Below the pieces are notes generated by a model. The model was not told where the DNA came from and did not search any database. It saw nothing but the letters and a program-made list of their open reading frames with translations. The position numbers were made by a program, and so were the translations under genes. This document shows positions 25,055 to 32,590 of a stretch of 58,542 nucleotides of DNA, piece by piece. How positions within the stretch are numbered: position 1 is the stretch's first letter; each line of letters begins with the position of its first letter. The stretch lies in the NCBI GenBank assembly GCA_964390795.1, contig CAYMLQ010000002.1, positions 1-58,542 of the forward strand, given 5' to 3'. This stretch comes from an uncultured Lentisphaeraceae bacterium. Its GTDB lineage: Bacteria; Verrucomicrobiota; Kiritimatiellia; RFP12; UBA1067.

Positions 25055-25098
25055 AATGTTATACGGGAGCGAACGATTATGCCATGGGGTAAAACCCC
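25055..25098 (-). promoter_or_regulatory. Promoter-like site P-a (GGR-N5-CCCCAT-N22-TAnnnT) upstream of the PRC-barrel gene
   Basis: Minus strand reads GGGGGTTTTACCCCAT, then 22 nt, then TAACAT. About 100 nt upstream of the start at 24950. Confidence 0.6.
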
Positions 25099-25186
25099 CA
25101 CGGGCGAAGTTAGGATTTAGGATTTTGGAGTTGATAATGCGCACCGTGATCTGTCAGCAGCGCGGGTTTTCGATAGGCGTTGAAGT

Positions 25187-25229
25187 AGGATTAAACCCCA
25201 TCGCCTAACGTTAGGGTGCGGGCTATACT
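25187..25229 (+). promoter_or_regulatory. Promoter-like site P-g upstream of the entericidin-like gene
   Basis: Plus strand reads AGGATTAAACCCCAT, then 22 nt, then TATACT (25224-25229). The ATG lies 30 nt downstream. Confidence 0.6.
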
Positions 25230-25258
25230 TTCTTAAAAGCAAACAAAGGAGGCTCGAG

Positions 25259-25387
25259 ATGAGAAAGCTATTCATGGTTCTGGCGCTGTTCGGTGTGGCC
25301 GTGTCTGTTACCGCGTGCAATATGCTCCGGGGGGCGGGACGGGACATCGAGAAGGTCGGCGATTCGATACAGGATGCTGCCAGCTAG
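25259..25387 (+). CDS. Entericidin A/B-family small lipoprotein (42 aa; below the ORF-track cutoff)
   Basis: aaggagg RBS. MRKLFMVLALFGVAVSVTACNMLRGAGRDIEKVGDSIQDAAS has a lipobox (VTAC) and the entericidin pattern CN..RG.G.DI...G..I..AA. Confidence 0.8.
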   Translation: MRKLFMVLALFGVAVSVTACNMLRGAGRDIEKVGDSIQDAAS

Positions 25388-25486
25388 CTGCGCGAGCGCC
25401 TGGTGATCGGCGGCTGGGTGGCGATGTGGCGTCCCCAACCACATTTCCCTTCTCTGATGAGGTTCCTGCCGCTTTCACCTGAACGC

Positions 25487-25639
25487 TTACGGAGCCGCGC
25501 TCGCAACCGTCGCAGGGCTCGTAGGCGAAGTGAAGCGAATGCTGGCCCATAACAAGGAAATGGCCAGCAGGCCGCATCCGAAAGTAAGGGCGGTCGCAAT
25601 CAGAATATTCACGATGTGCTCGCTTTGGTTGAGTGTCAT
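25487..25639 (-). CDS. Possible small membrane protein (50 aa)
   Basis: aaggaaggg RBS-like sequence upstream. MTLNQSEHIVNILIATALTFGCGLLAISLLWASIRFTSPTSPATVASAAP has one hydrophobic helix. It lies downstream of promoter-like site P-d. No homology recognised. Confidence 0.3.
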   Translation of the reverse strand: MTLNQSEHIVNILIATALTFGCGLLAISLLWASIRFTSPTSPATVASAAP

Positions 25640-25769
25640 GGTCGTTCCCTTCCTTTTCGATTTCAACTACCTTGGAGGCGAAGCCAGCCCTCTTCAGAGC
25701 CGCCGGTTTAAACGACACCACACTGTTACGATTAGCTTTCACGTGAACGAAATCCTTTGTGTTTGTATT

Positions 25770-25812
25770 AGATTAAGCGGATGCGCCCGTCGATTCTATG
25801 GGGTGTAACCCT
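25770..25812 (-). promoter_or_regulatory. Promoter-like site P-d
   Basis: Minus strand reads AGGGTTACACCCCAT, then 22 nt, then TAATCT. It points toward the small ORF at 25487-25639. Confidence 0.5.
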
Positions 25813-26277
25813 ATGTCATATAACTGCCAAACGCATTCGCATCGACTGCGCGTATCACCCCCGGCATCCAATTCTTCAATCTTGGCTGCGGGAAGGATGC
25901 GGGATAAAATGTTGTCGATTACCGACAACCCCGTGCTCGTTCTGACAGGCCGGCTTGAGCGGAACGGCCGCGTAAGGGCCGCAGAAGCGGGTGCCGATGG
26001 CATTCTCAACAGCCCCGTTGACGATCTTGAGCTGCTCGTCCAGGGCAAGCAGACGCTTGCCCCTCCCGTGTGTTTTGTGCCCGTCTTATGGTCAAAAAAT
26101 ATTTCGGCGGTGGTATCCGAGCGGCGGAATCCCCGTAACCCGCCGCCGGCTCCCGGTATCCGCTTTGGATTTATCCGCGCTAGAACGGATTACGATATGG
26201 AGGTAAAGCAGACTCTATTTGCACGGAATACGCCGCAGCAGTTCGACTAACAGCGTATCCGGCGACGTGTGGGACTA

Positions 26278-26559
26278 TCAGACCTTGACCACGCTGTTAC
26301 GGCTTCCATACTCATTCGCAACGGACTCCGCGCAGGCGGGATCCAGGCGCCAGACGCCGTCGATGATGAACTTGTATTCGTGGAGCCCCGGCAGAAGCTG
26401 CACCTGCGCTTCATGACGTCCGGTGTCCGGATTGTACCGCAGCGGATCCGCGGTGGGGTTCCAGTTGTTGAACGTGCCCACGACATAGGCCTGACAGTCC
26501 GCCTTCGCTGCCAACTCGAAACGCGCGCGTTTCAACAGCGCTTCAATTGAGTTCTTCAT
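26278..26559 (-). CDS. Stand-alone CBM48/AMPK-beta-like glycogen-binding-module protein
   Basis: gaggag RBS. YVVGTFNNWNP....L......G.HEAQVQLLPGLHEYKFIIDGVW..DP is the CBM48 signature. Confidence 0.8.
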   Translation of the reverse strand: MKNSIEALLKRARFELAAKADCQAYVVGTFNNWNPTADPLRYNPDTGRHEAQVQLLPGLHEYKFIIDGVWRLDPACAESVANEYGSRNSVVKV

Positions 26560-26580
26560 CTGCTCCTCGTTTACGGAGAA

Positions 26581-26958
26581 TCATATCCGAACGACGCTGT
26601 TGGGCTCGCCTGTTGCGTCAGGGACGCAGTGGGGGCACCTGGCATCCCTTTGCCAGACGCCGTTCACCACGAACTTGTACTCGTATGTGCCTGCTGGTAG
26701 CAGCAGGGTCGCCCGGAAGACGCCGTCCTCCGGACGGTGGTTCAACGGATGCGTATACGGGTTCCAGCCGTTAAAGGTCCCGGCGACGTAGACCTTGCTG
26801 CTCGGGTCTGCGGCGACCTCGAACTCGACCGCTTTTCCCGTCTCGAGGGCCATCAGCCGCATCAGATAGTTGAGATACGAGGATGACTTGCGCGACCTTG
26901 TTCGGGTTGAACCTGTCGCTTGGGCTTGCGAGGGCCTTTCAGTCGTGGCGGTTGGCAT
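26581..26958 (-). CDS. Stand-alone CBM48-like protein with a basic, low-complexity N-terminal extension
   Basis: aggag RBS. VYVAGTFNGWNP..HPL....EDGVFRATLLLPAGTYEYKFVVNGVW. Paralog of the downstream gene. Confidence 0.8.
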   Translation of the reverse strand: MPTATTERPSQAQATGSTRTRSRKSSSYLNYLMRLMALETGKAVEFEVAADPSSKVYVAGTFNGWNPYTHPLNHRPEDGVFRATLLLPAGTYEYKFVVNGVWQRDARCPHCVPDATGEPNSVVRI

Positions 26959-27009
26959 AACAAGTCTCCTATCAGTTGCGCAAAAGTTTTACACATTCAA
27001 ATCGGCTGA

Positions 27010-27052
27010 ATGGTAAGCCCCTCGACACGTTTCTGCAATGGGGTCATTTCCT
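27010..27052 (-). promoter_or_regulatory. Promoter-like site P-f upstream of the CBM48 gene pair (weakest upstream half-site)
   Basis: Minus strand reads AGGAAATGACCCCAT, then 22 nt, then TACCAT. About 50 nt upstream of the start at 26958. Confidence 0.5.
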
Positions 27053-27068
27053 ACCTTGAGCGGCGGCT

Positions 27069-27455
27069 TCAGACCTCCAGCGACAGCGCATCGGTCGGGC
27101 AGCACTGCATCGCGTGCAGGCAGGTCGCTTCAAGGCGGGGAGGCACGGAGGTCATTCTGACGTGCGCACGGTCGCCGGACAGCTCGAAGACCTCGGGACA
27201 GGTACGCGTACACTGCCCGCAGCCGGTGCAGAGGACCGGGTCGATCTTAGCCAGCAAAAAGGAGGCCTCGTCAGCGCCGGCGCCGGGCAACGGCGCCGGC
27301 TCCTCAGCCTTTGGCGGCGCGTTCTCACGCTCCAGAAAGCGCTCGAACAGATGCCTGGCCTCGGACGAGCGGGCTGTCCGGGCCATATGCTGCGCATGCG
27401 ACACCAGACGTTGATCACAGGTTTTCGCTTCCGTAATGCGAAAGGTCAAGGGCAT
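27069..27455 (-). CDS. Protein with a C-terminal single-cluster ferredoxin domain and an N-terminal domain of unknown function
   Basis: aggagg RBS. C-terminal IDPVLCTGCGQCTRTCPEVFEL.......CLHAMQCCPTDAL carries the CxxCxxC...CP pattern. Confidence 0.75.
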   Translation of the reverse strand: MPLTFRITEAKTCDQRLVSHAQHMARTARSSEARHLFERFLERENAPPKAEEPAPLPGAGADEASFLLAKIDPVLCTGCGQCTRTCPEVFELSGDRAHVRMTSVPPRLEATCLHAMQCCPTDALSLEV

Positions 27456-27511
27456 GGCCTACCTCCTAATGAGAGCTTCTTCTCTCGCTTAACGTCTGGT
27501 AATTTTCTAAC

Positions 27512-27554
27512 ACGATACACGATCAGTGACCCCGGCGGTATGGGGAGTTCCCCC
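27512..27554 (-). promoter_or_regulatory. Promoter-like site P-e upstream of the ferredoxin-domain gene
   Basis: Minus strand reads AGGGGGAACTCCCCAT, then 22 nt, then TATCGT. About 55 nt upstream of the start at 27455. Confidence 0.6.
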
Positions 27555-27650
27555 TAGCCCGCGCCGGAGACGGGGTGCGCGGCAACCAAGCCCGCCGCCC
27601 GGGATTCAGGAGCAAACGTCCGCAGGGCACGGGGAACGGCGGCGTGGACT

Positions 27651-27789
27651 GGCGGCGGGTTACGGGGAACCCAGGACGACACGACACGCGCATAGCAAGG
27701 GACGCCTCCCCGCAGGCGTCCGCAGGGCACAATGACTCCCTGACCTCCCACCACTGACCTCCGACCACTGACCTCCGACCTCCGAAGTT
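27651..27789 (+). repeat. Intergenic repeat element copy 2: same 22-nt head, then a heptamer tract ending in CCGAAGTT
   Basis: Head 27651-27672 is identical to 24044-24065, followed by similar gacacgRcacgcg. Heptamers: tgacctc ccaccac tgacctc cgaccac tgacctc cgacctc cgaagtt (27741-27789). Confidence 0.8.
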
Positions 27790-27820
27790 ACCGGCGAGCC
27801 CGCCGGAGGTCAGTGGTCGG
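27761..27820 (-). terminator. 16-bp perfect stem that includes the stop codon of the last kinase gene
   Basis: ccgaccactgacctcc (27761-27776) pairs with ggaggtcagtggtcgg (27805-27820). The loop contains a second small hairpin, ccggcg/cgccgg. Confidence 0.5.
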
Positions 27821-28925
27821 GCGGCAGCTCGACGGTGAAGACCGCGCCGCGCGGCTTGCGCTCCTCCACGTAGATGCGGCCGCCATGCGCCTCCGCCACC
27901 ATGCGGCAGAAGGTGAGGCCCAGGCCGGTCTGGCGCGCAGCGAACGCTTTCATTTTGACGCAGGCGAATTTGTCGAAAATCGCCTCGCGAAAGCCCACCG
28001 GAACGCCCGGCCCCTCGTCTTCGACATGGATCTGGCAGACGGGCTGTTTGCCGTCGGCGGGGCAGACGCGCAACTGTACCTCGCTGTTTTCCGGGGAGAA
28101 CTTGACGGCGTTGGACAGCAGGTTGTCGATCAGGCGCACCAGCAGGCCTTCGTCCGCGTCAACCAGGCAAGGCGCTTCGGGCACCTCGATTCGGATGCGG
28201 ATGCGCTTCGCCTCGGCGTGCGGAAGCAGGCTCAGCGCGGCGGTGCGAGCCCGCTCGGTCAGATCCACGCGGGTGCGGTTCAGCTTGAAGCCCGTGTGCT
28301 CCATGCGCGAGACTTCGAGCAGGTCGGTGACAAACCGGTCGGCCAGATCCACCTGACTGCGGATCGTCCGGGCAAGCGCACGGGCGGGCGGGGGGACGTC
28401 GAGCGCCTCGATCCGCAGCGCGGACAGCATGATTCCCAGGAGCGGGTTGCGGAGGTCGTGAACGATCATGTCCGACAGCTCTTCCCTCAGGCGCAGCAGG
28501 GCGTTGCGCTCGTCATAAAGCCGCTTCAGGCAGAGCGCGTTGCGCACGCGCAGCAAAGCCTCCTCGGTGTCGATCGGCTTGGTGATGAAGTCGTTGGCGC
28601 CGCTCGCCACGCCTTTCAGACGGTCGGCCCGCTCGTGCAGCGCCGTGACCAGCAGCACGGGGATGGGGGCGGTGAGGGCGTCGGCCTTCAGGCGGCGGCA
28701 GACCTCCATCCCGTCTAGCCGGGGCATCATCACGTCCAGCAGGATCACGTCCGGCTGCGACGCGGCGACCTCGCTGAGGGCTTCCTCGCCGTCGGCCGCA
28801 TCGAAGACGGTATAGCCGTGCATGGACAGGATGTCGCAGAGGAGCCGACGGCTCATCTCGTCGTCATCGACGACCAGCACGCGGCCCGCTGCGGCGGCAG
28901 CGTGAACGTCTGTCTTTGCAATCAT
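27810..28925 (-). CDS. Hybrid response regulator-histidine kinase (REC + HisKA + HATPase_c)
   Basis: REC: VLVVDDDEMSRRLL...DVILLDVMMPRLDG. H-box: VHDLRNPL. Followed by an HATPase_c-type C-terminal region. Confidence 0.9.
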   Translation of the reverse strand: MIAKTDVHAAAAAGRVLVVDDDEMSRRLLCDILSMHGYTVFDAADGEEALSEVAASQPDVILLDVMMPRLDGMEVCRRLKADALTAPIPVLLVTALHERADRLKGVASGANDFITKPIDTEEALLRVRNALCLKRLYDERNALLRLREELSDMIVHDLRNPLLGIMLSALRIEALDVPPPARALARTIRSQVDLADRFVTDLLEVSRMEHTGFKLNRTRVDLTERARTAALSLLPHAEAKRIRIRIEVPEAPCLVDADEGLLVRLIDNLLSNAVKFSPENSEVQLRVCPADGKQPVCQIHVEDEGPGVPVGFREAIFDKFACVKMKAFAARQTGLGLTFCRMVAEAHGGRIYVEERKPRGAVFTVELPPDH

Positions 28926-29320
28926 CGGTTCGCGGTATCCCCGGCCGGGGCCGTGCCGCCCAAGCAGGCCTCGATACGCCGCAGCAGTCCGGGCACGTCA
29001 AACGGTTTGGTGATGCAGATGTCGCAGCCCGCGGCCAGAATCCGGGCGGCGTCTCCGGCCATGGCGTAAGAGGTCAGCGCCCAGGTCGGGATATCGCGTG
29101 TCAGCGCGTCACCCTTCAGCGTCCGCGTCGCCTCGTACCCGTCCATGAGCGGCATCTGGATATCCATCAGAATCAGGTCGGGCAGGTGTTCCCGCGCGCG
29201 CTTGACACCCTCGATCCCGTTGTTCGCCGAGAGCACCCTGTAGCCCTTCACGGTCAGCAGGTCGACGAGCAGCTTCCTGTTCCGCAGGTCATCCTCCACA
29301 ACCAAAATCGTGTGCTTCAT
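28922..29320 (-). CDS. Single-domain CheY-like response regulator
   Basis: ILVVEDDLRNRKLL...DLILMDIQMPLMDG...TSYAM. ATGA overlaps at both ends. Confidence 0.9.
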   Translation of the reverse strand: MKHTILVVEDDLRNRKLLVDLLTVKGYRVLSANNGIEGVKRAREHLPDLILMDIQMPLMDGYEATRTLKGDALTRDIPTWALTSYAMAGDAARILAAGCDICITKPFDVPGLLRRIEACLGGTAPAGDTANR

Positions 29321-32106
29321 GAGAGCACCTCTGCCGTGTGCGACTGAACCGCAGACAGGGCACCAACGGGAATCGCAAACGTGAAGCGGCTACCGTGTCC
29401 CTCGCCTGCGCTTTCCACCCAGATGCGGCCCCCGTGCAGGCCCACCAGTTGCCTGGCCAGGCTGAGCCCCAGACCGGTGCCCGGCGTCTTGTCCGCAGCG
29501 CCCTGCTTGACCTGATAGAACGGCTCGAAAATATGTTTCTGATGCTCCGCCTCGATGCCGATGCCGCTGTCGGCCACCGACACTTCGAGCTGCGGGACGG
29601 GCTCGTCCGTCAGCCGCGCCTGCACGCGGATCAGGCCGCCGTCTGGCGTGAACTTGGTCGCGTTTGAAAGCAGGTTGTAAAGGATCTGTTTAAGACGGCG
29701 CTCGTCGGCCGTCACCATCAGGCTGCGGACGGGGTCTGACATGTCGAAGTCCAGCCGGATGCCGTGCTTGAAGCAGCGCTCCCTGACGAGGACGCGGCTG
29801 CTCTCCAGCAGATCCCCCGCGTTGAAGCGCGTGAAGGCGGGCTCCATCTTGCCGGCCTCGATTTTGGACAGGTCGAGGATGTCGTTGATCAGGCTGAGGA
29901 GGTGCCGGCCGCTCTCGTAGACGTCGGTGACATACTCTTTCTGCTTGGCGGTGAGCGAGCCGAAGTACTCGTGCTCCAGCACTTGGGAAAACCCCATGAT
30001 CGCGTTCAGGGGCGTGCGCAGCTCGTGGCTCATCGACGCCAGAAAGTCCGACTTGGCCTGGCTGGCGCGCTCCGCCTCGACTTTGGCCTGGCGCAAGGTC
30101 ATCTCCGTCTCCTTGCGCTGCCGGATGTCGCGGATCACGCTCAGGAGCATCTCCTGCCCTTCGATGACCACGCCACGGGAGCTGACCTCGACCGGCACGC
30201 TGCTGCCGTCCTTGCACACGTGGACGCTTTCAAAGAGGAAGCCCTGAACCCGCGCCCGCTGCATCTGGAGATCCACGACCTCCGCATCCTCTTGCCGCAG
30301 CGCGTGGATCCGCAAGTTGAGAAGTTCCTCTTTGGGATACCCGTAGAGTTCCACGGCGGCCTGGTTGGCCTCGATGACGTGGCCTTCCAGATCCACCAGC
30401 AGCAGCGGGTCGCGGGCATACTGGGCGATCAGCTCGTAGCGGGCCTTCACCGCCTCGGCGAGCTTGAGCCCCGTGATGTCCTGAGTGGTGCCGAAGCCGC
30501 CCAGCAGCGTGCCGGCGGAGTCGACCTCTAGCTCGGCCCGCTCGCGAACCCACTTGACGGCGCCGCCGACGAGGATGCGGTGCTCGACGTCGTAAGGCTC
30601 GCCGCGCAGCGCAGCGGCCCACTTGGCGTCCACATACGCCCGGTCGTCCGGATGGATCGTGCTAAGGAAAGTCTCGTAGGTCAGCGGCGTCTCTTTCGGG
30701 ACACCGAAAATACGACAGTTCTCATCCGACCAGAGGAGTTCGTTGCGCTGGAGGTTCAGGCGCCAACTGCCGACGTGCGCCACGGACTGGGCGCGGGCCA
30801 AATCTTCCCGGCTTTCGCGCAGCACCTCGAGATCCCTCTGCCGCTGCATGGCCACTGCCACGTGCTCGGCGACGGCGTCCATCAGCGAGAGGTCATCGGC
30901 GCTGAAGGTTGCCCGCTTGCGCGAGCCAAACGAAAGGGTCCCGAGCAACCGGTTATGCGACAGCAGCGGTTGGCAGCTATACGCCTGCACGCCGTAGCCG
31001 GCCAGCAGCACCATGCGCGGGTCGTTGGCGTGCGGGATGTTCTCGAAGACCAGGCGCCGTTGCTCGTCGAACACGCAGGTGACGCCGCAGACGCAGGCGT
31101 TGACCTGGCCGATCTTTTCCGCATCGGCAGTCGGGAAGCCGGCGCAGGCGTTGAGCAGGAGGCGGCCTGACGGCTCGTCCGCGAGGAAGTTCAAAAACAC
31201 GTCGCACGCCAAGAATTCCATGACCGCCGTGCAAAGTTCGTTGATGACATGGCGGGGCTCGTCGGCAGCCAGCAGGCGGTGAGCGGTGTCGGCGAGGAGT
31301 TCCTCGCGGCGGCGGCGGCGCTCTAGCTCGCGCTCTGCGGCCAGGCGCGCGGTGATGTCGTTGGCGAGCACGAGACGGCAGGGCCGGCCGCTGAACGGGA
31401 TGGAGCTGGCCGTGATCTCGACGTCGATCGGCGTGCCGTCTCTCTTCTGGTGGACAAGAACGCCCACGTGGACGTTCTTCAGCCCCTTCTGGCTTTTGAT
31501 CACAGCCCGCGCCCGCTCCCGCTCTTCCGCCGGGCGGATGTCCAGCACCGTGAGCGCAAGGAGTTCGTCGCGGGTGTAGCCGTAGTGACGCAAGGCTGCG
31601 GCGTTGACGGCGAGGAACCGGAACGTCTCCTCGTCGAAGACCCACATCGGGTTCGGGTTGGCCTCGAACAGCAGGCGGAACTGCGCCTCGCTGGCGCGGA
31701 GCTGGCTCTCCGCTTGCCGCTGCTGGCGGCGCACCTCGGCGTCGCGCAGCTCGCGGGCGATCGCCGGGTTCAGACGGGTCAACTTGTCCTTGAGCACGTA
31801 GTCGTGCGCGCCCGCCTTCATGACCGCCACCGCCTGCTCCTCGCCGATGACGCCCGACACGACGATGAACGGCAGGTCCACGCCGGACTGCTGCACAAGC
31901 GCCAGGGCCTCCGCGCCGTTGAACAGCGGCAGGCGGTAGTCGCTGAGCACGATGTCCCACGGCTCTTCGGCCAGGGCGGCGCAGAGTTCGGCCGCGGTCT
32001 GGGCGCGCCGGTAAGCAGGCTCGTAGCCGCCCTGCCGCAGCGTGCGCAGCAGCAGCAGCAGGTCGTCGTCATTGTCCTCGACGATCAGGACGCGCAGGGT
32101 GCTCAT
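29317..32106 (-). CDS. Hybrid sensor kinase: REC-PAS-GAF-PAS-PAS-HisKA-HATPase_c
   Basis: N-terminal REC ([10 protein letters not shown]...[12 protein letters not shown]). H-box [17 protein letters not shown]-box [13 protein letters not shown]. The PAS/GAF calls come from sequence character and are approximate. Confidence 0.9.
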   Translation of the reverse strand: MSTLRVLIVEDNDDDLLLLLRTLRQGGYEPAYRRAQTAAELCAALAEEPWDIVLSDYRLPLFNGAEALALVQQSGVDLPFIVVSGVIGEEQAVAVMKAGAHDYVLKDKLTRLNPAIARELRDAEVRRQQRQAESQLRASEAQFRLLFEANPNPMWVFDEETFRFLAVNAAALRHYGYTRDELLALTVLDIRPAEERERARAVIKSQKGLKNVHVGVLVHQKRDGTPIDVEITASSIPFSGRPCRLVLANDITARLAAERELERRRRREELLADTAHRLLAADEPRHVINELCTAVMEFLACDVFLNFLADEPSGRLLLNACAGFPTADAEKIGQVNACVCGVTCVFDEQRRLVFENIPHANDPRMVLLAGYGVQAYSCQPLLSHNRLLGTLSFGSRKRATFSADDLSLMDAVAEHVAVAMQRQRDLEVLRESREDLARAQSVAHVGSWRLNLQRNELLWSDENCRIFGVPKETPLTYETFLSTIHPDDRAYVDAKWAAALRGEPYDVEHRILVGGAVKWVRERAELEVDSAGTLLGGFGTTQDITGLKLAEAVKARYELIAQYARDPLLLVDLEGHVIEANQAAVELYGYPKEELLNLRIHALRQEDAEVVDLQMQRARVQGFLFESVHVCKDGSSVPVEVSSRGVVIEGQEMLLSVIRDIRQRKETEMTLRQAKVEAERASQAKSDFLASMSHELRTPLNAIMGFSQVLEHEYFGSLTAKQKEYVTDVYESGRHLLSLINDILDLSKIEAGKMEPAFTRFNAGDLLESSRVLVRERCFKHGIRLDFDMSDPVRSLMVTADERRLKQILYNLLSNATKFTPDGGLIRVQARLTDEPVPQLEVSVADSGIGIEAEHQKHIFEPFYQVKQGAADKTPGTGLGLSLARQLVGLHGGRIWVESAGEGHGSRFTFAIPVGALSAVQSHTAEVLS

Positions 32107-32570
32107 GGGTTGTTCCTGAACTTCGGGGCCGCGACGTTGATCACCAGCCAGTAGAGGCCGAGTTGGCGGACCGCCTCGGTGAACGCGGTGAAATCGATCG
32201 GCTTGCGCACGTAGCTGTTGCAGCCCTGGGCGTAGCTTTCGGCCACGTCGCGGTCCTCAAGCGACGAGGTCAGCATGATGACCGGCAGCAGCCGGGTGCG
32301 CTCGTCGCCGCGGATGCTGCGCAACACTTCCAGCCCGTCCACCTTGGGTAGCTTCAGATCCAGCAGGATCAGCTCCGGCACCTCCTGCGTGTCGCGCCCG
32401 GCGTACGCGCCGGTGCCGAACAGGTAGTCGAGCGCCTCGACGCCGTCGCGGGCGATCACCACGTCGTCGCGGATGTTGTTCTTCTTCAAGGCGCGCAGCG
32501 TGAGCGCCTCGTCGCCAGGGTTGTCTTCCACCAGCAAAATCGTCCGTTTGTCGGTGCCAAGTGAGTTCAT
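32103..32570 (-). CDS. Single-domain response regulator (Rcp1-like)
   Basis: [14 protein letters not shown]...[13 protein letters not shown]...KP.DF. The ATG at 32570 has aaggag 6-7 nt upstream. An alternative ATG at 32594 would give an ATGA overlap with the upstream kinase. Confidence 0.85.
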   Translation of the reverse strand: MNSLGTDKRTILLVEDNPGDEALTLRALKKNNIRDDVVIARDGVEALDYLFGTGAYAGRDTQEVPELILLDLKLPKVDGLEVLRSIRGDERTRLLPVIMLTSSLEDRDVAESYAQGCNSYVRKPIDFTAFTEAVRQLGLYWLVINVAAPKFRNNP

Positions 32571-32590
32571 GGGATGCTCCTTGTTCGCTT

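Noticed and set aside
25083-25091. Mini-ORF ATG-GGG-TAA on the plus strand at P-a and P-b. The long track ORFs 25798-26250 and 44150-44935 also start at the ATGGGG of P-d and P-c.
   Set aside because: The ATGGGG is simply the reverse complement of the conserved CCCCAT box. There is no RBS, and the downstream frames are not conserved. The real regulator gene starts at 44249.
25055-25098. Reading the CCCCATGGCA... region as a sigma-54 promoter (TGGCAC-N5-TTGC).
   Set aside because: The GG-N10-GC spacing fails in the sites tested (off by one or absent). The TGGC is not conserved across the seven sites, whereas a TAnnnT at fixed distance is.
25308-25742. 144-aa minus-strand ORF overlapping the entericidin gene and the small ORF.
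   Set aside because: It overlaps the well-supported entericidin gene on the opposite strand, has no RBS, and has an odd Arg/Pro/Ser-rich composition.
25889-26098. 70-codon open frame (minus strand) resembling the C-terminus of a real protein.
   Set aside because: There is no ATG, GTG or TTG start after the upstream stop and no family was recognised. It is kept only as a possible gene remnant in the findings.
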